Origin: a virus
IMG/VR virus record: IMGVR_UViG_3300044712_001218
Span: 1-64,000 of that record
Strand: one strand, 5' to 3'
DNA length: 64,000 nt
Below the pieces are notes generated by a model, which made no database searches, was not told the origin of the DNA, and saw nothing but the letters and a program-made list of their open reading frames with translations. Shown piece after piece: positions 47,103 through 57,774 of this stretch (its first letter is position 1; the number at the start of each line of letters is the position of its first letter). Made by a program: the position numbers and the translations under genes.

Positions 47103-49048
47103 AATTTCTGGAATGTTAAGTTAACAAGTAATCCATACGGAGCCGTTGTACCAGTACCAAGTGTCCAAACTAATTTAATCCTATCTCCACGTATTACATC
47201 ATCATTCGCTTCATTAATATCAGCATCAGTAGTAAAATTAGCCCCTACACTGGTCATGTTAGCCTCTACACCTCCGCGATTCCTCCATACGGTAACCGTA
47301 GGTACTCGGTCACCTTGGCTATTAGCATAATACAATTCAGCCCCTATTAAGGTATACCCATCTAGGGCACTTGTAATAGGATATTGATAAGGAGTGCTTC
47401 CACTACTAGCTGCAATGGTATCAGTGGCCGTATATACTATACTTATCGGTGGATTAGCCCGTTTAATTGCTCCAGTACTGGTTACTGTAAGAAGTATATT
47501 AGATTCCCCGGTATATTGTTTTAAATATACACTATCTCCCACAACCGTAAATATATTAGTCCCTCCTGTCTTTTTAACAGCAAAGGATGTATCAGCAGTA
47601 GATTGTATTCTTAACCCTCCTGCCAATCCTATTTTAGTATTGCTTTCATACTTATTACCGTGTATATTAGCCGTATATTTATAAAGAGCTGGAAATACGG
47701 TAGTATCACCTATACCTATTCTACCAATGGAAGCTCCTGAGGCGTATAACATCCCGTTATAATTCATACGCGTACGATTAGATGGGTTGTTTGTACCAGA
47801 GTACCAAGCTCCTGCTGTTTTAGTTGTTCCGGTGTATAACCATGCCGGATAACCTAACATTGTAGAAGCACTAGCCCATACTCCAATCTGCCCAGCTGCA
47901 GGTGTACCGACCGCAACCATATTACCAGTTCCTCCTTCCCCTCCAGTACCATGAGCCCTTGAATAAGCATTAGTAGCTAATGTATCCGTATTACTACGCC
48001 AATACGTTCCATCAAATGCATACATTCCTGCTCCATGTGTAAATTCTATGGCTGTACTAGTTAAAGCTATATCATTATTTCCCACAACTCCATCATTGAT
48101 TCCCGGAATACCAGTGTTAATATTTAATCTACCTCCCCCCGGATAATCACTACCAAATTCAATTTCATAATTAGAATATCCTTTTGCATAAGCATAAGGA
48201 CCGTAACGAACAGTATCCGTATTAGATAATCCTCCACCACCACTTACTAAATCATTCAAATAATATGTTCCTGTAGCATCCGATAGTACCAAACTATCTC
48301 CTTCCATCCCGACCTGAGGATGACCCGTTCCATATAAACTTCCTACTCCTTTAAAATCTATATAATTCCCCATATAAAGATTTCCCGTAACTTCAGCATC
48401 TCCCGTAACTTTTAATTTGCGGGTGGTAGCAGTACTACCCCCTAAATGCCAATTCAAAGATGTGCTGGTGGAATAACTGGTTAAAGTGGTTGAAGATAAT
48501 CCTGCTGTGAAAGTCCGACTGAACGGACCTCCTTCGATTAATGAAGATAGAGTTTTACCGGAAGGATTATTAGCATCCTTTAAATACAAATCATCTCCAA
48601 TAGAATAAATATCTCCCGTTCCTCCTCCAACAGCATCTAATAAAACATGATTAACATGAAAATCTCCATAAACTCTACTATTTCCTGTTACATCTAATTT
48701 GTAACTAGGAACTCCCCCAACACCTAAAGAATCTAAGACATTAGTAACGGTTAATCTCCTCCCAGTTCTACTGAAATAACCTCCTCCCCCTATATCTAAT
48801 CGCAAAGCTGCCAAACTATCTACTGTTCTTTGCCACCGTGCAATTAAGCTATCACTAACAGCTTCCATAAACGTATTACCAGATATCCGCTTACTGCCCA
48901 CACCTTGATCCATAGTATAAAACCAGTCGTTTAAATGAAATGTATTATCTACATTCATATTCATAAGCGGTTTAGGGGTAAGTACAGTTTGGGCAGTACA
49001 ATTTAATACTATTATTACTAAACCAAGAACTATTATTAGCTTTTTCAT
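47099..49048 (-). CDS. Tail-fibre-like protein with N-terminal signal peptide
   Basis: G/T-rich; GVGGVPSYKLDVTG repeats; MKKLIIVLGLVIIVLNCTAQ N-terminus. Confidence 0.65.
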   Translation of the reverse strand: MKKLIIVLGLVIIVLNCTAQTVLTPKPLMNMNVDNTFHLNDWFYTMDQGVGSKRISGNTFMEAVSDSLIARWQRTVDSLAALRLDIGGGGYFSRTGRRLTVTNVLDSLGVGGVPSYKLDVTGNSRVYGDFHVNHVLLDAVGGGTGDIYSIGDDLYLKDANNPSGKTLSSLIEGGPFSRTFTAGLSSTTLTSYSTSTSLNWHLGGSTATTRKLKVTGDAEVTGNLYMGNYIDFKGVGSLYGTGHPQVGMEGDSLVLSDATGTYYLNDLVSGGGGLSNTDTVRYGPYAYAKGYSNYEIEFGSDYPGGGRLNINTGIPGINDGVVGNNDIALTSTAIEFTHGAGMYAFDGTYWRSNTDTLATNAYSRAHGTGGEGGTGNMVAVGTPAAGQIGVWASASTMLGYPAWLYTGTTKTAGAWYSGTNNPSNRTRMNYNGMLYASGASIGRIGIGDTTVFPALYKYTANIHGNKYESNTKIGLAGGLRIQSTADTSFAVKKTGGTNIFTVVGDSVYLKQYTGESNILLTVTSTGAIKRANPPISIVYTATDTIAASSGSTPYQYPITSALDGYTLIGAELYYANSQGDRVPTVTVWRNRGGVEANMTSVGANFTTDADINEANDDVIRGDRIKLVWTLGTGTTAPYGLLVNLTFQKL

Positions 49049-49057
49049 ATCATTTAT

Positions 49058-51106
49058 TTATAAAGGTATATATTGATCACTTTCAGTTGCTAAAATATCA
49101 CCACTACTCTCTAAACCAAGAATTTCTACATACTCTCCTATTTGTAAAAGGGTAACTTCAGTTTGAGCTGTATGTATATCAAATATCATAGAGGCAATCA
49201 TATATGTTTTACCCTTGTACGTAAAAACAGTACCTATGTCAAATTGTCCTAATATTCTACCAGTCACCTGCCACCGTAACATTGAATGTAATGCCATAAT
49301 GTCTTGAGCAAGGGCTATTTCAAGTTTAACAGGGTCTACAACTGTTGATTTATCATAATATACCCATTTACAAGGAATATACAAAGCTCCACTTTTGTAT
49401 AGCAGTAATCCCGGATAAGCAAGCTGCGGATTTAAGTAATACCTAAAGTAATGATCACGTGAAACTCCCGGTACATCATAATAATCCTGCCGCATGCAAG
49501 GTGCTGTATAAATATCAGAAGGATACTCTTTTGTATTGGTTTGTATAGTGTTTAAATCAATGGCATAATTATTATCTGATGTTTTACACTCATTCCAGGT
49601 AACACTTAAACTATCTGTATTTATCTTTAGTATTGGTGAACGGGATATTCCCTGAGTAGCCCACCATGGAGGGCAAATCTGCAAATACATTTGCCCACTA
49701 AAGTTTGCCCCAAAAGTATTAATATCTACCACTTCGTCAAAACTAACCTCATTAGTGGTATCATTTTCAAGATATATAATACTTCCAAATCCTGTAGCAG
49801 CATTAGTCACTTCTTCATACCAGCCAGTGGCTATTGTTTTATCATTTATATGTAATTCATCTGTATAAAAATATCTTTTACCACTAACAACATCATCTAT
49901 ATAAAGTCGTATACGCATACGCCCACGAAACATTCCTGATATGTTCAATGTCATAAAGGCTTTACTAATATTAACACTATCAGGTTGTGTATTTAAAGCC
50001 CCCCAAGCATTTGAATAACCAAGATTATATATTATCCCCTGTGTAACCGGATAAAAAGCATTATTAATATTCCTAAATGAAAGTAGCATTACATAATTAC
50101 TATCCTCCGTAACAAGTGAATATGTTATTGGGCCGATTACTGTATTAGGCTTTTCAGGATAACGCACCATATTATTATTTAAAGCATAATTTGTCTTAAT
50201 GGTTAGTTTAGTATATGGTCGTATAGTCTTTTTAGTTAATGTCATATCTACCGGAACATTCATCGGTGAACCAAATTGGGTTGTAATTGCCTTAAAAAGA
50301 TTTTCAGTAGTTATAAGTACAGTTCCTCCAAATGTTGAATCATACGTTCTGTATGAAATTTCCCCTGTAATTAATTGCTGAGTTCGATCCATATACCAAT
50401 GTCCATTCTTCTGATACAACCGCCCACCTACACAAGGATTAAAAAGAATAAAAGAAAGGATTTCATACAAACTTTTATATTTCCCATTACCTAAATAAAA
50501 TGCCCATGTATCAAGATAATGTTCATATAATGGACTCAATACTTTTGCTGTGCCATAAGCATAAATATCAAAACTTTCATATATAGTTAAATCTAAACCA
50601 ATTTTATTAAATGCTTGCCTAAAGTATTTGTATAAAGCGTATGGTCCGGGACTGCTTATACCAGTAGCACCAGTTTCATCAAGGGTGAGTTCCATTGAAT
50701 TTAAAAAAGTCAATCCACATACTGCTGTTACAGTAATTGGCTTAGGAGGAAGATTATAAAGAGTTTCATATTCACCCGCCTTTGTCCAACCCATCCAAAA
50801 GATAGTTTCATTTTCACCTTCAGGCTTACGAGTTACTTCAACCATTGCTTTACGGTCGTACTCAAATAGCTCTAAGTATTTATCTTCGGTAAATTCCATT
50901 AAATCCATTTCCAAAAATGAAGCCTTAATAGGACTGTGGGTATCTTCATCGTTAGATTCATAATTAAGTCTGGCAGGTGATATACCAGCCCCTTTTATAT
51001 ATTCTATAACACCAACATAATCCTCTAGCTTAAAACGGATATTCCATTCCGTATAAAACGGAGGAGCATCTTGCCATTGTACTATATATCTTGTTCCCCA
51101 GCTCAT
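49058..51106 (-). CDS. Tail tip/baseplate hub-like protein
   Basis: Follows the tape measure gene; FWMGW, TAVCGL..L pattern. Confidence 0.65.
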   Translation of the reverse strand: MSWGTRYIVQWQDAPPFYTEWNIRFKLEDYVGVIEYIKGAGISPARLNYESNDEDTHSPIKASFLEMDLMEFTEDKYLELFEYDRKAMVEVTRKPEGENETIFWMGWTKAGEYETLYNLPPKPITVTAVCGLTFLNSMELTLDETGATGISSPGPYALYKYFRQAFNKIGLDLTIYESFDIYAYGTAKVLSPLYEHYLDTWAFYLGNGKYKSLYEILSFILFNPCVGGRLYQKNGHWYMDRTQQLITGEISYRTYDSTFGGTVLITTENLFKAITTQFGSPMNVPVDMTLTKKTIRPYTKLTIKTNYALNNNMVRYPEKPNTVIGPITYSLVTEDSNYVMLLSFRNINNAFYPVTQGIIYNLGYSNAWGALNTQPDSVNISKAFMTLNISGMFRGRMRIRLYIDDVVSGKRYFYTDELHINDKTIATGWYEEVTNAATGFGSIIYLENDTTNEVSFDEVVDINTFGANFSGQMYLQICPPWWATQGISRSPILKINTDSLSVTWNECKTSDNNYAIDLNTIQTNTKEYPSDIYTAPCMRQDYYDVPGVSRDHYFRYYLNPQLAYPGLLLYKSGALYIPCKWVYYDKSTVVDPVKLEIALAQDIMALHSMLRWQVTGRILGQFDIGTVFTYKGKTYMIASMIFDIHTAQTEVTLLQIGEYVEILGLESSGDILATESDQYIPL

Positions 51107-54100
51107 AATACTTGTTTCATATATTCTTCAGTATTTTTTAAAACTATTCTGAGTTTTCTTCCATCTACTATTATATCATCTACTACTATATGTGATCCAG
51201 TATCTCTTAATTTCTTTGGTGGAGTGACCGTTTCCCCTGATGTGAGTAAAGCAGGATAAGTATCATGGGGGTATCCCGGAGGAACTACTCCACCACCAGC
51301 CATCTTAGCTGCTTGTTTAGCACTTGATTTAGCTCCTGCCATCATAGCAGTAATAGCAGCAATTCCCACGGCTGCAAGAATTAAACCTGGAAGTCCCTTT
51401 TTAGCCTCTTTAACAAGCATTTCACTATCCGCTAATATAATATTAGCAATAGCTTGTTCTAATAAAGCATTTATAATCTGCCCAGTTGCTTGTAAAACTG
51501 CTCCAGCCAATGCTTGAAAAGCGTTTGCCCCTTCTCCTATTGCAGTACCTAAAGCATTTATTATATCAATAGTTCCACTTACTATTCCCTGACTAATCAA
51601 CATTTCTTTATTATGATTATACTGGGCTAATTGAGCTTGTTCTAATTCCTTCGATAATTTTTGTAATAATAATATCTTGTAAAGTAAATCAGTATTATCT
51701 TTTTGAATAGATGATCGTAATTCCTCAATTCTAGAAGTTAATATTGATACTTTAGCTCCAGCCAAATCATAGGAATTACCAAGTAAACCACCCATATAAT
51801 CAGCTACCGTCATTTGATCAGCCAAATCCTTCATTATAGGACCAACCCCATTAACTTCCCGATTAAAGGTAGAGATCATTCCTCTTAAATACTCAATATC
51901 TTTCCCACTAACCACTCCAGCCTTAGCCATCTTCTCTAAAGCATTGGTAAAAGCATTCAAAGACTCTACATTAGTCTGGTCAGTAGACCATCCTAAACTA
52001 CCCATTGCTTTAATGAAGGCAAGTTCCCCTGCCAAATCATCCATGATCTTAGTAGTCCGTTTTGTAGATTCTCCTACCTGAGCCAATTTCTTTGCTACCT
52101 GCTCTTGTTCTGCTGCTGCCTCCCTACCATAAGTAACCAATTCTTTTAAGGTCTTTACATATAAGGAGGTATATTCTGCATTGGCATCATATTCTTTTCC
52201 GGCTTTCTTCATTAATGGAATCATGGCATTTATGACAGCCTCTTCCAATTTCATATTTGCCATAGCTTCAGCAATACCGGGATTCTTTACATGAACTTCC
52301 GGAAGCCTTTTTATTGCTGCTTCTACTTGAGTTTGATATTCCTTGAGTTGTTTTAAAGATTGTTGATTTCCCTGATATTGACTTTCTAATTCCTGAGCAA
52401 TCTGATTTCTCCTTACTTCTATTAAAGCAGCAGCAGCAACTTTTGCCTGTACTGTAGATGATTTATCATAATCCTGTTGTAGTTTCTTAAGTTGTTCATC
52501 TGCCCAAAGCCTCTTCTGTAATTCCCCTTTTAAGAATACAGTATAATCTTCTTCCTGTTCCTTTTGATTTTGAATCCTCCCAGCCAAAGTTTCCAATTGC
52601 CTACGATTCATAGTATTTACCATGATCATGGAGGTTCCAATATCTTTTACATCTGCTTTTAATTGGTTAAATATTTCTAATTGTTTATTCATCTCTGCCT
52701 GAGCAGTTGCTGCTTTCTGTGTTTCTCTCTGAGATTTAGCGTAAGCGATTGATATAGCCGCTAGTATTGCAATTACCCCCCATGCAATAGGACCCATTGC
52801 CGAAAGGCCAGATATCATAGCATTCCATCCCACAATAAAAGCCGGAATAACATACCTTATCATAAAACCTATACCAGCAGCTAATGGACCAAGAGCAGCA
52901 GTAATACCAGTTAATACCCCAATCACTGCTCTGGCTACCGGGGGTAATTCGGAAAACCAATCCGCCAGACCAGAAATAGCTTTGGTTAATACCTCTAATA
53001 TTGGAAGCAATAAATCCTTCATTGCTAATCCAACCTTGATAAGAGCAGCCTGCATAGTAGCCAATGACTGATTCCATTTGAACTGAATAGTATTAGCCAC
53101 TGCCTCAAATGCTTTATTCATATCTCCGGTAGAAGCATATACTTGTCTAAATATTTCCAAATTATGTTCATAATTCTTTCCTAACAAAGACATAAATCCA
53201 GTCATTGCCCTAACATTGGGAATAACTTTACTTACCATATTCTCCCCATACTTAGCAGTTAAATCACTGATCTTTTTGAGAGCAGGAAGTAATCCTTGTT
53301 CACTTATAACCTTTCTTAACTCTTCTCCTGATGTTCCCATTAAACGAAGAGAATCTTCCGCCTCTTTAGCAGGATCAAGCAGGGAGTTTAATATACCTCT
53401 CAAGTATACGGCTCCCTGCGATGCATTGGTTCCTGTCAATGACATACTTGCCATAGCAGCAGCAAGTTCATCAAATTGAACTCCCATTTCAGCAGCAACA
53501 GGAATGACCTGACCAATCTCCTGCGTAAAACTAGCAGCCTCCAATTTCCCTTCCCTTACAGCAGCAGTTAAAATATCCATTACCTTTGCTGCACTCAATC
53601 CGGTACCAGCATAAGCATTTAAAACAGATGTAGTAAAATCAGCAATCTTATTAACATCTCCTAATCCTGTAGCAGCAGCTTTAGCAGATTTCTCCAGAAT
53701 ATCCATTGCCTCCGCTCCTTTAAATCCTGATGAGGTAATAAAATACATACCTTCCGCCAGAGCTTTAGGCATCTGCCCTAAACTGGGTCCTAACTTTAAA
53801 ATAGATTCACTCCATTGAGCAACCTGTTGTTTTGACTCTCCAACCAACCCTATAATCTTTGCCATGGAAAATTCAAAATCTTTTGCTGCTTTCATAGAAG
53901 CAATACCAAATATAGTAATAGGGGCAGTCAAATACATACTAGCATACCAACCAAAGTATTGCATAGACCGCCCAGCATTATTCCAATTCTTTGCCATACC
54001 AGTTGACACGGCATTTGCTGTTGCTGCTACTTTTTTGAGTTCTGTACTTGCAAATCCTAAAGCAGTAGTATCAGTCTCAAATCTTACAGTAAGGTGTCCT

Positions 54101-54114
54101 ATTACGTCTGCCAT
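51103..54114 (-). CDS. Tape measure protein (TP901 family)
   Basis: 1003 aa helical protein; FEFSMAKI, LA.GMYFI.SSG, C-terminal MAGGGVV. Confidence 0.92.
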   Translation of the reverse strand: MADVIGHLTVRFETDTTALGFASTELKKVAATANAVSTGMAKNWNNAGRSMQYFGWYASMYLTAPITIFGIASMKAAKDFEFSMAKIIGLVGESKQQVAQWSESILKLGPSLGQMPKALAEGMYFITSSGFKGAEAMDILEKSAKAAATGLGDVNKIADFTTSVLNAYAGTGLSAAKVMDILTAAVREGKLEAASFTQEIGQVIPVAAEMGVQFDELAAAMASMSLTGTNASQGAVYLRGILNSLLDPAKEAEDSLRLMGTSGEELRKVISEQGLLPALKKISDLTAKYGENMVSKVIPNVRAMTGFMSLLGKNYEHNLEIFRQVYASTGDMNKAFEAVANTIQFKWNQSLATMQAALIKVGLAMKDLLLPILEVLTKAISGLADWFSELPPVARAVIGVLTGITAALGPLAAGIGFMIRYVIPAFIVGWNAMISGLSAMGPIAWGVIAILAAISIAYAKSQRETQKAATAQAEMNKQLEIFNQLKADVKDIGTSMIMVNTMNRRQLETLAGRIQNQKEQEEDYTVFLKGELQKRLWADEQLKKLQQDYDKSSTVQAKVAAAALIEVRRNQIAQELESQYQGNQQSLKQLKEYQTQVEAAIKRLPEVHVKNPGIAEAMANMKLEEAVINAMIPLMKKAGKEYDANAEYTSLYVKTLKELVTYGREAAAEQEQVAKKLAQVGESTKRTTKIMDDLAGELAFIKAMGSLGWSTDQTNVESLNAFTNALEKMAKAGVVSGKDIEYLRGMISTFNREVNGVGPIMKDLADQMTVADYMGGLLGNSYDLAGAKVSILTSRIEELRSSIQKDNTDLLYKILLLQKLSKELEQAQLAQYNHNKEMLISQGIVSGTIDIINALGTAIGEGANAFQALAGAVLQATGQIINALLEQAIANIILADSEMLVKEAKKGLPGLILAAVGIAAITAMMAGAKSSAKQAAKMAGGGVVPPGYPHDTYPALLTSGETVTPPKKLRDTGSHIVVDDIIVDGRKLRIVLKNTEEYMKQVL

Positions 54115-54883
54115 TATTTTTTGGTATTTGTGCTCTTGTTAAGATCCTTTCGACTTTTAATTTCCGGATTTTTTCTTCTTGCTATCTGCATTATTGCCTG
54201 TTTCATTTCTTCCACACTTTGTTTCTTTACTTCTTTTTCTTCTGCTCTTTCCCACTTTGGCATATAATCATTTGGCGTGGTCATCTTAGTCCCCTTCTTC
54301 CCGTATGCCCACCTAAATCCATTTTCATTCTCTGAACATATTTTTGCCATCCTAAAATCAGCCCTCCACTCTCCTATTGGATCAATCTGATCATAAGCTT
54401 CCCATTCCCCTAATTGAGCTGCCGTCAGATGATCCAGTAGGAAATCTGGATGAATTATTCCGATTTCTTTACAGAGTCGGAATTGGAATTGTCGGCTGGG
54501 ATGGCTTCTAAGTTTTTTACTATAGCCTCTTTATCCTCATCAGTGATTAAATTTAATTTCTGAGCAGCACGGATAATCTTTGATAATTTAGCAGCACTTA
54601 TATTTTGACTCAATGTAGCAGCATCCTTTGGATCAAATATGAGATTTCCTTCCTCATCACATACTGTAGCACAAGCAAGCTTAGCCCGAAAGTCTTCCAA
54701 GGTTTGAGAATAAACAACTTCACCTTTTGGTCCTTTTGATTCCACTGTCATTGATTTTTCCCAGCGATCTTTAGCACGAGCAGTCATTTCCGTGACACAT
54801 ACAAACTCATCGTTTCCAAGATCAACTTTTACAATTTGAAGTTTTTCCTTCTGTAATAATTCTTTTCTACCTAAAAATGCCAT
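54114..54883 (-). CDS. Tail assembly chaperone gpG (54455-54883) and -1 frameshift product gpGT (to 54114)
   Basis: Slippery A AAA AAC at 54518-54512. The -1 frame is open through EWEAYDQIDPIGEWRADFR into ORF 54114-54350. Confidence 0.88.
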
Positions 54884-54950
54884 GATTAGTTTCCTCCTTT
54901 AATTAATTGTTTAAAATATAAAAAGTCCTTGATTAGAACCATGTTTAGTC

Positions 54951-55388
54951 CTAGATTCCTGAAGATGCTCCGGAATCAGTAGTAGGCATTCCACTGACTT
55001 TGATAGTAACATCCATAGTTACTTTGTCATCAGTAGGAATAGTCAACGGCATTTCCGTAACTAACCCGGCAAAGCTAATAGATGTATTTTCATTATCAGG
55101 AAGCACTATATTATAATGCTGTAAATCATCACTCTCAAAATCAGCCAGCATCAGATCCCATGTAATACGAGTCATGTTCATAGAAAGGGAAACATTTCCC
55201 CCATCCCTAAAACCCGTAATATATTCACGGTATCCTCCGGTAGAGTCAAGAGAAGTGACGTCAATAAAATCCTTGGTCATTCCGGGACCTGTAATGGAAT
55301 TTACCTCTGCAATGTTTTCCCACTCGCTAGTAGTGGAATTCCATCTGCGGAATAAAGTCCCTACACCGGAAAAAGCATTACTTGGCAT
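54951..55388 (-). CDS. Major tail tube protein
   Basis: IAEV.SITGPG...IDVTSLDSTGGYREYITG.RDGG, KVSG.P. Confidence 0.88.
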   Translation of the reverse strand: MPSNAFSGVGTLFRRWNSTTSEWENIAEVNSITGPGMTKDFIDVTSLDSTGGYREYITGFRDGGNVSLSMNMTRITWDLMLADFESDDLQHYNIVLPDNENTSISFAGLVTEMPLTIPTDDKVTMDVTIKVSGMPTTDSGASSGI

Positions 55389-55393
55389 AGTTT

Positions 55394-55786
55394 TTACCTC
55401 CTTTGTACATTTAAGTTTAGAATAAATTGTGCTCTGTTTTTCTCATCCCATTCCAAAAAAGCAGGGCTTCCCGAACTGGCTATGAGAGAATATAATGTAC
55501 CATTCCATGTCTCTTGTGCCCGGCCATGTAATGAATCCATTATGTTTTTAATCAGGGTATATCCTGTATCATATTTTATACTCCTGACCATGATTTGTAC
55601 TGTTGGGTATTCGTATGATTTGCTATCCATTGTTAAATGAGGGGGTCTTCCAGAATAATCCCAAATACAAACACAATCATTTGGTTTATCAGGTTGAAGG
55701 CCACGAAATAAGTTAGTTCCTGATACTAAGCCCAATGAGCTTTCAGCATCTAACATATCACATATATCTTTGGATGTACTATTCAT
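55394..55786 (-). CDS. Tail terminator / minor capsid-type protein
   Basis: QPD.P, PTVQIMVR, D...R..F.LN; position in operon. Confidence 0.7.
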   Translation of the reverse strand: MNSTSKDICDMLDAESSLGLVSGTNLFRGLQPDKPNDCVCIWDYSGRPPHLTMDSKSYEYPTVQIMVRSIKYDTGYTLIKNIMDSLHGRAQETWNGTLYSLIASSGSPAFLEWDEKNRAQFILNLNVQRR

Positions 55787-56289
55787 TTGTTTTTTACATT
55801 ATTTTTGATAGTCTGCAAAATAAGATTGTGATTTCTAGATACTGCTTCTTGAAACCACTTTGCTCCAGCTCCTCTACGTTTCCAATTCGTTCTAGAAGAT
55901 TTTTCATGTACCGCCTGAGCATAATTAGCAGTATAACCCATATATACTATTTGTTTCTTTGCTGCCCTAGCCTGTTCTTTATAAGTAGATACTATAGAAT
56001 TATGTTCTCCTTGCATAACTGCTGCTTTCCTTTTCTCTGATGAGGTCCTTCCTACAAACTTAGGAGATGATCCTTCCTCTACTTTATCAGCAGTCACAAT
56101 AAATAAACTACTCCTTAAATTACCAGTATCAACAGGAGTAAGGGGAGGAGTCGATTCCATATCTCTCTTAATAATTTTGGCTGCTTTGATCAAGCCTTTT
56201 GTATTGGCTCCCTCAATTGCCTTAATCTCTTTATTGAGGTTTCTCATAATCCTCCTCAGCTCCTCTGGAGCAGTCATTCCCCTGTTCAT
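55783..56289 (-). CDS. HK97 gp10-like neck protein
   Basis: TPVDTGNLRSS, GYTANYA..VHE, AKW. Confidence 0.8.
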   Translation of the reverse strand: MNRGMTAPEELRRIMRNLNKEIKAIEGANTKGLIKAAKIIKRDMESTPPLTPVDTGNLRSSLFIVTADKVEEGSSPKFVGRTSSEKRKAAVMQGEHNSIVSTYKEQARAAKKQIVYMGYTANYAQAVHEKSSRTNWKRRGAGAKWFQEAVSRNHNLILQTIKNNVKNK

Positions 56290-56297
56290 TTCCTTAA

Positions 56298-56741
56298 TTA
56301 TAAATATGCAATACGAACAAAAACACTGGTTGATCTAAACATTGGTATTTTATCGAATCTCTTTATCTCCCATGCTCCATTCACTTCATGAGGATCAGTA
56401 GAACCAGTCCCAGTATTATCCATTGTAATATCAGTATCATCCATAGTATATTCTGTATTATCCATAGTAATCACTTCATCTATACTAATACCTAATGTAG
56501 CTATTGTTCCTAAACAAATATATCCTCCTTCATCCACATCCTGAGTAACTAATAATCGGGCTTTACTTATTACATCCTTTCCTTCCCCATCACTTATAAC
56601 TTCAGTATGTCCTTCCCATCTACAAAAGATTTCAACAGGAGAATCAAAGGTATAATTTCCCTGAGCATCAGGAACTGGATTGCCCCAATACACTGCGGGT
56701 TGTACGCAGACTCGATTTAAGAACCTTTCTAAACTACTCAT
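56298..56741 (-). CDS. Head closure protein
   Basis: Q.AVYW, PVEI.CRWE; position in operon. Confidence 0.7.
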   Translation of the reverse strand: MSSLERFLNRVCVQPAVYWGNPVPDAQGNYTFDSPVEIFCRWEGHTEVISDGEGKDVISKARLLVTQDVDEGGYICLGTIATLGISIDEVITMDNTEYTMDDTDITMDNTGTGSTDPHEVNGAWEIKRFDKIPMFRSTSVFVRIAYL

Positions 56742-57106
56742 TCGTCAAAGCTTTTAACTGCTGTTATCTTTGCTGCTCTTCCAGATAAAGTTGCCATCTT
56801 TCCAGTAGTATCCAATGTTAATACCATCTGCCCATAAGTAGTAGATTTTAATCCAGCATCATACTTTCCAGTATATTTTATCTTAGCTCCTCCGGCTTCC
56901 TCACTCTCTGCCTGCCTCTCCCGAGTAGAAACTATAAGATGAGCAGTTAACCACTTTTCAATCTCTGTTAGCAAATCAGTGGTTCCTGTTCCAAGAACAT
57001 CATTTACTAATACATTAGCCGTTACAATATAGGAATCAATATCAGTATCACTAAGAGCGGTACTATCCAGTATCTTTTTTACTTCAGTTGCTGTTGTCCT
57101 TGGCAT
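56738..57106 (-). CDS. Head-tail adaptor (DUF4054-like)
   Basis: WLTAHL, LKSTTYGQ....LD.TG. Confidence 0.7.
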   Translation of the reverse strand: MPRTTATEVKKILDSTALSDTDIDSYIVTANVLVNDVLGTGTTDLLTEIEKWLTAHLIVSTRERQAESEEAGGAKIKYTGKYDAGLKSTTYGQMVLTLDTTGKMATLSGRAAKITAVKSFDE

Positions 57107-57774
57107 TATATTGTCCTCCTACTTTTAGTTAACATTGGGTCTATCGTTTCAAATATTTTGCTATTCCATTTTAATCCTAACCACTCAAGCATTTCATAAA
57201 TCTGTTCATAATCCCCATGAACCATTCTCTCCGGCCATATTTGCTTACAATTTACTCCGGCCTCAATCATATCCCTAAACCGATGTTCATATTCATGTAT
57301 CCACCATAACCATCCAGCTTCTTCTGAATCTACCTTTATTTTATTCCGATTTACTTCATCTTTAAAAGTATTCATATATCCGGTTTTCAAACAGGATTGA
57401 ATAATATCACCAGTTCTTCTTCTTACTATAATCCAACGGGCATTCGGATAAGCATAATTCCAGATTGGCCATGATTGGGTTAATTTAGCATCTTTATACA
57501 TCCATACCCCTTTTTCATACCTATCATATTTTACTAAACTTCTATGTATTCTCTCTTTCCAATTATTTGGTATATAAAGATTCTTAGTAGAAGGGATTAA
57601 TTCATTCATTGGATTAGCATCAAGATAATCCCATAACATTTCTTTAATATGTATATTTTCACACATATTATTAACCTCTCCGGTAAATACTCCACAAATA
57701 CTGAGTATTCTAGCTATCATAGAACTTCCACTACGTTCAATGCCTGTTATAAATATGGGAGATTTTTCTATCAT
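57106..57774 (-). CDS. Sulfotransferase-family protein
   Basis: PIFITGIERSGSSMIARIL (5'-PSB-like loop), W.YKD, WIIVRR...IIQS. Confidence 0.7.
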   Translation of the reverse strand: MIEKSPIFITGIERSGSSMIARILSICGVFTGEVNNMCENIHIKEMLWDYLDANPMNELIPSTKNLYIPNNWKERIHRSLVKYDRYEKGVWMYKDAKLTQSWPIWNYAYPNARWIIVRRRTGDIIQSCLKTGYMNTFKDEVNRNKIKVDSEEAGWLWWIHEYEHRFRDMIEAGVNCKQIWPERMVHGDYEQIYEMLEWLGLKWNSKIFETIDPMLTKSRRTI

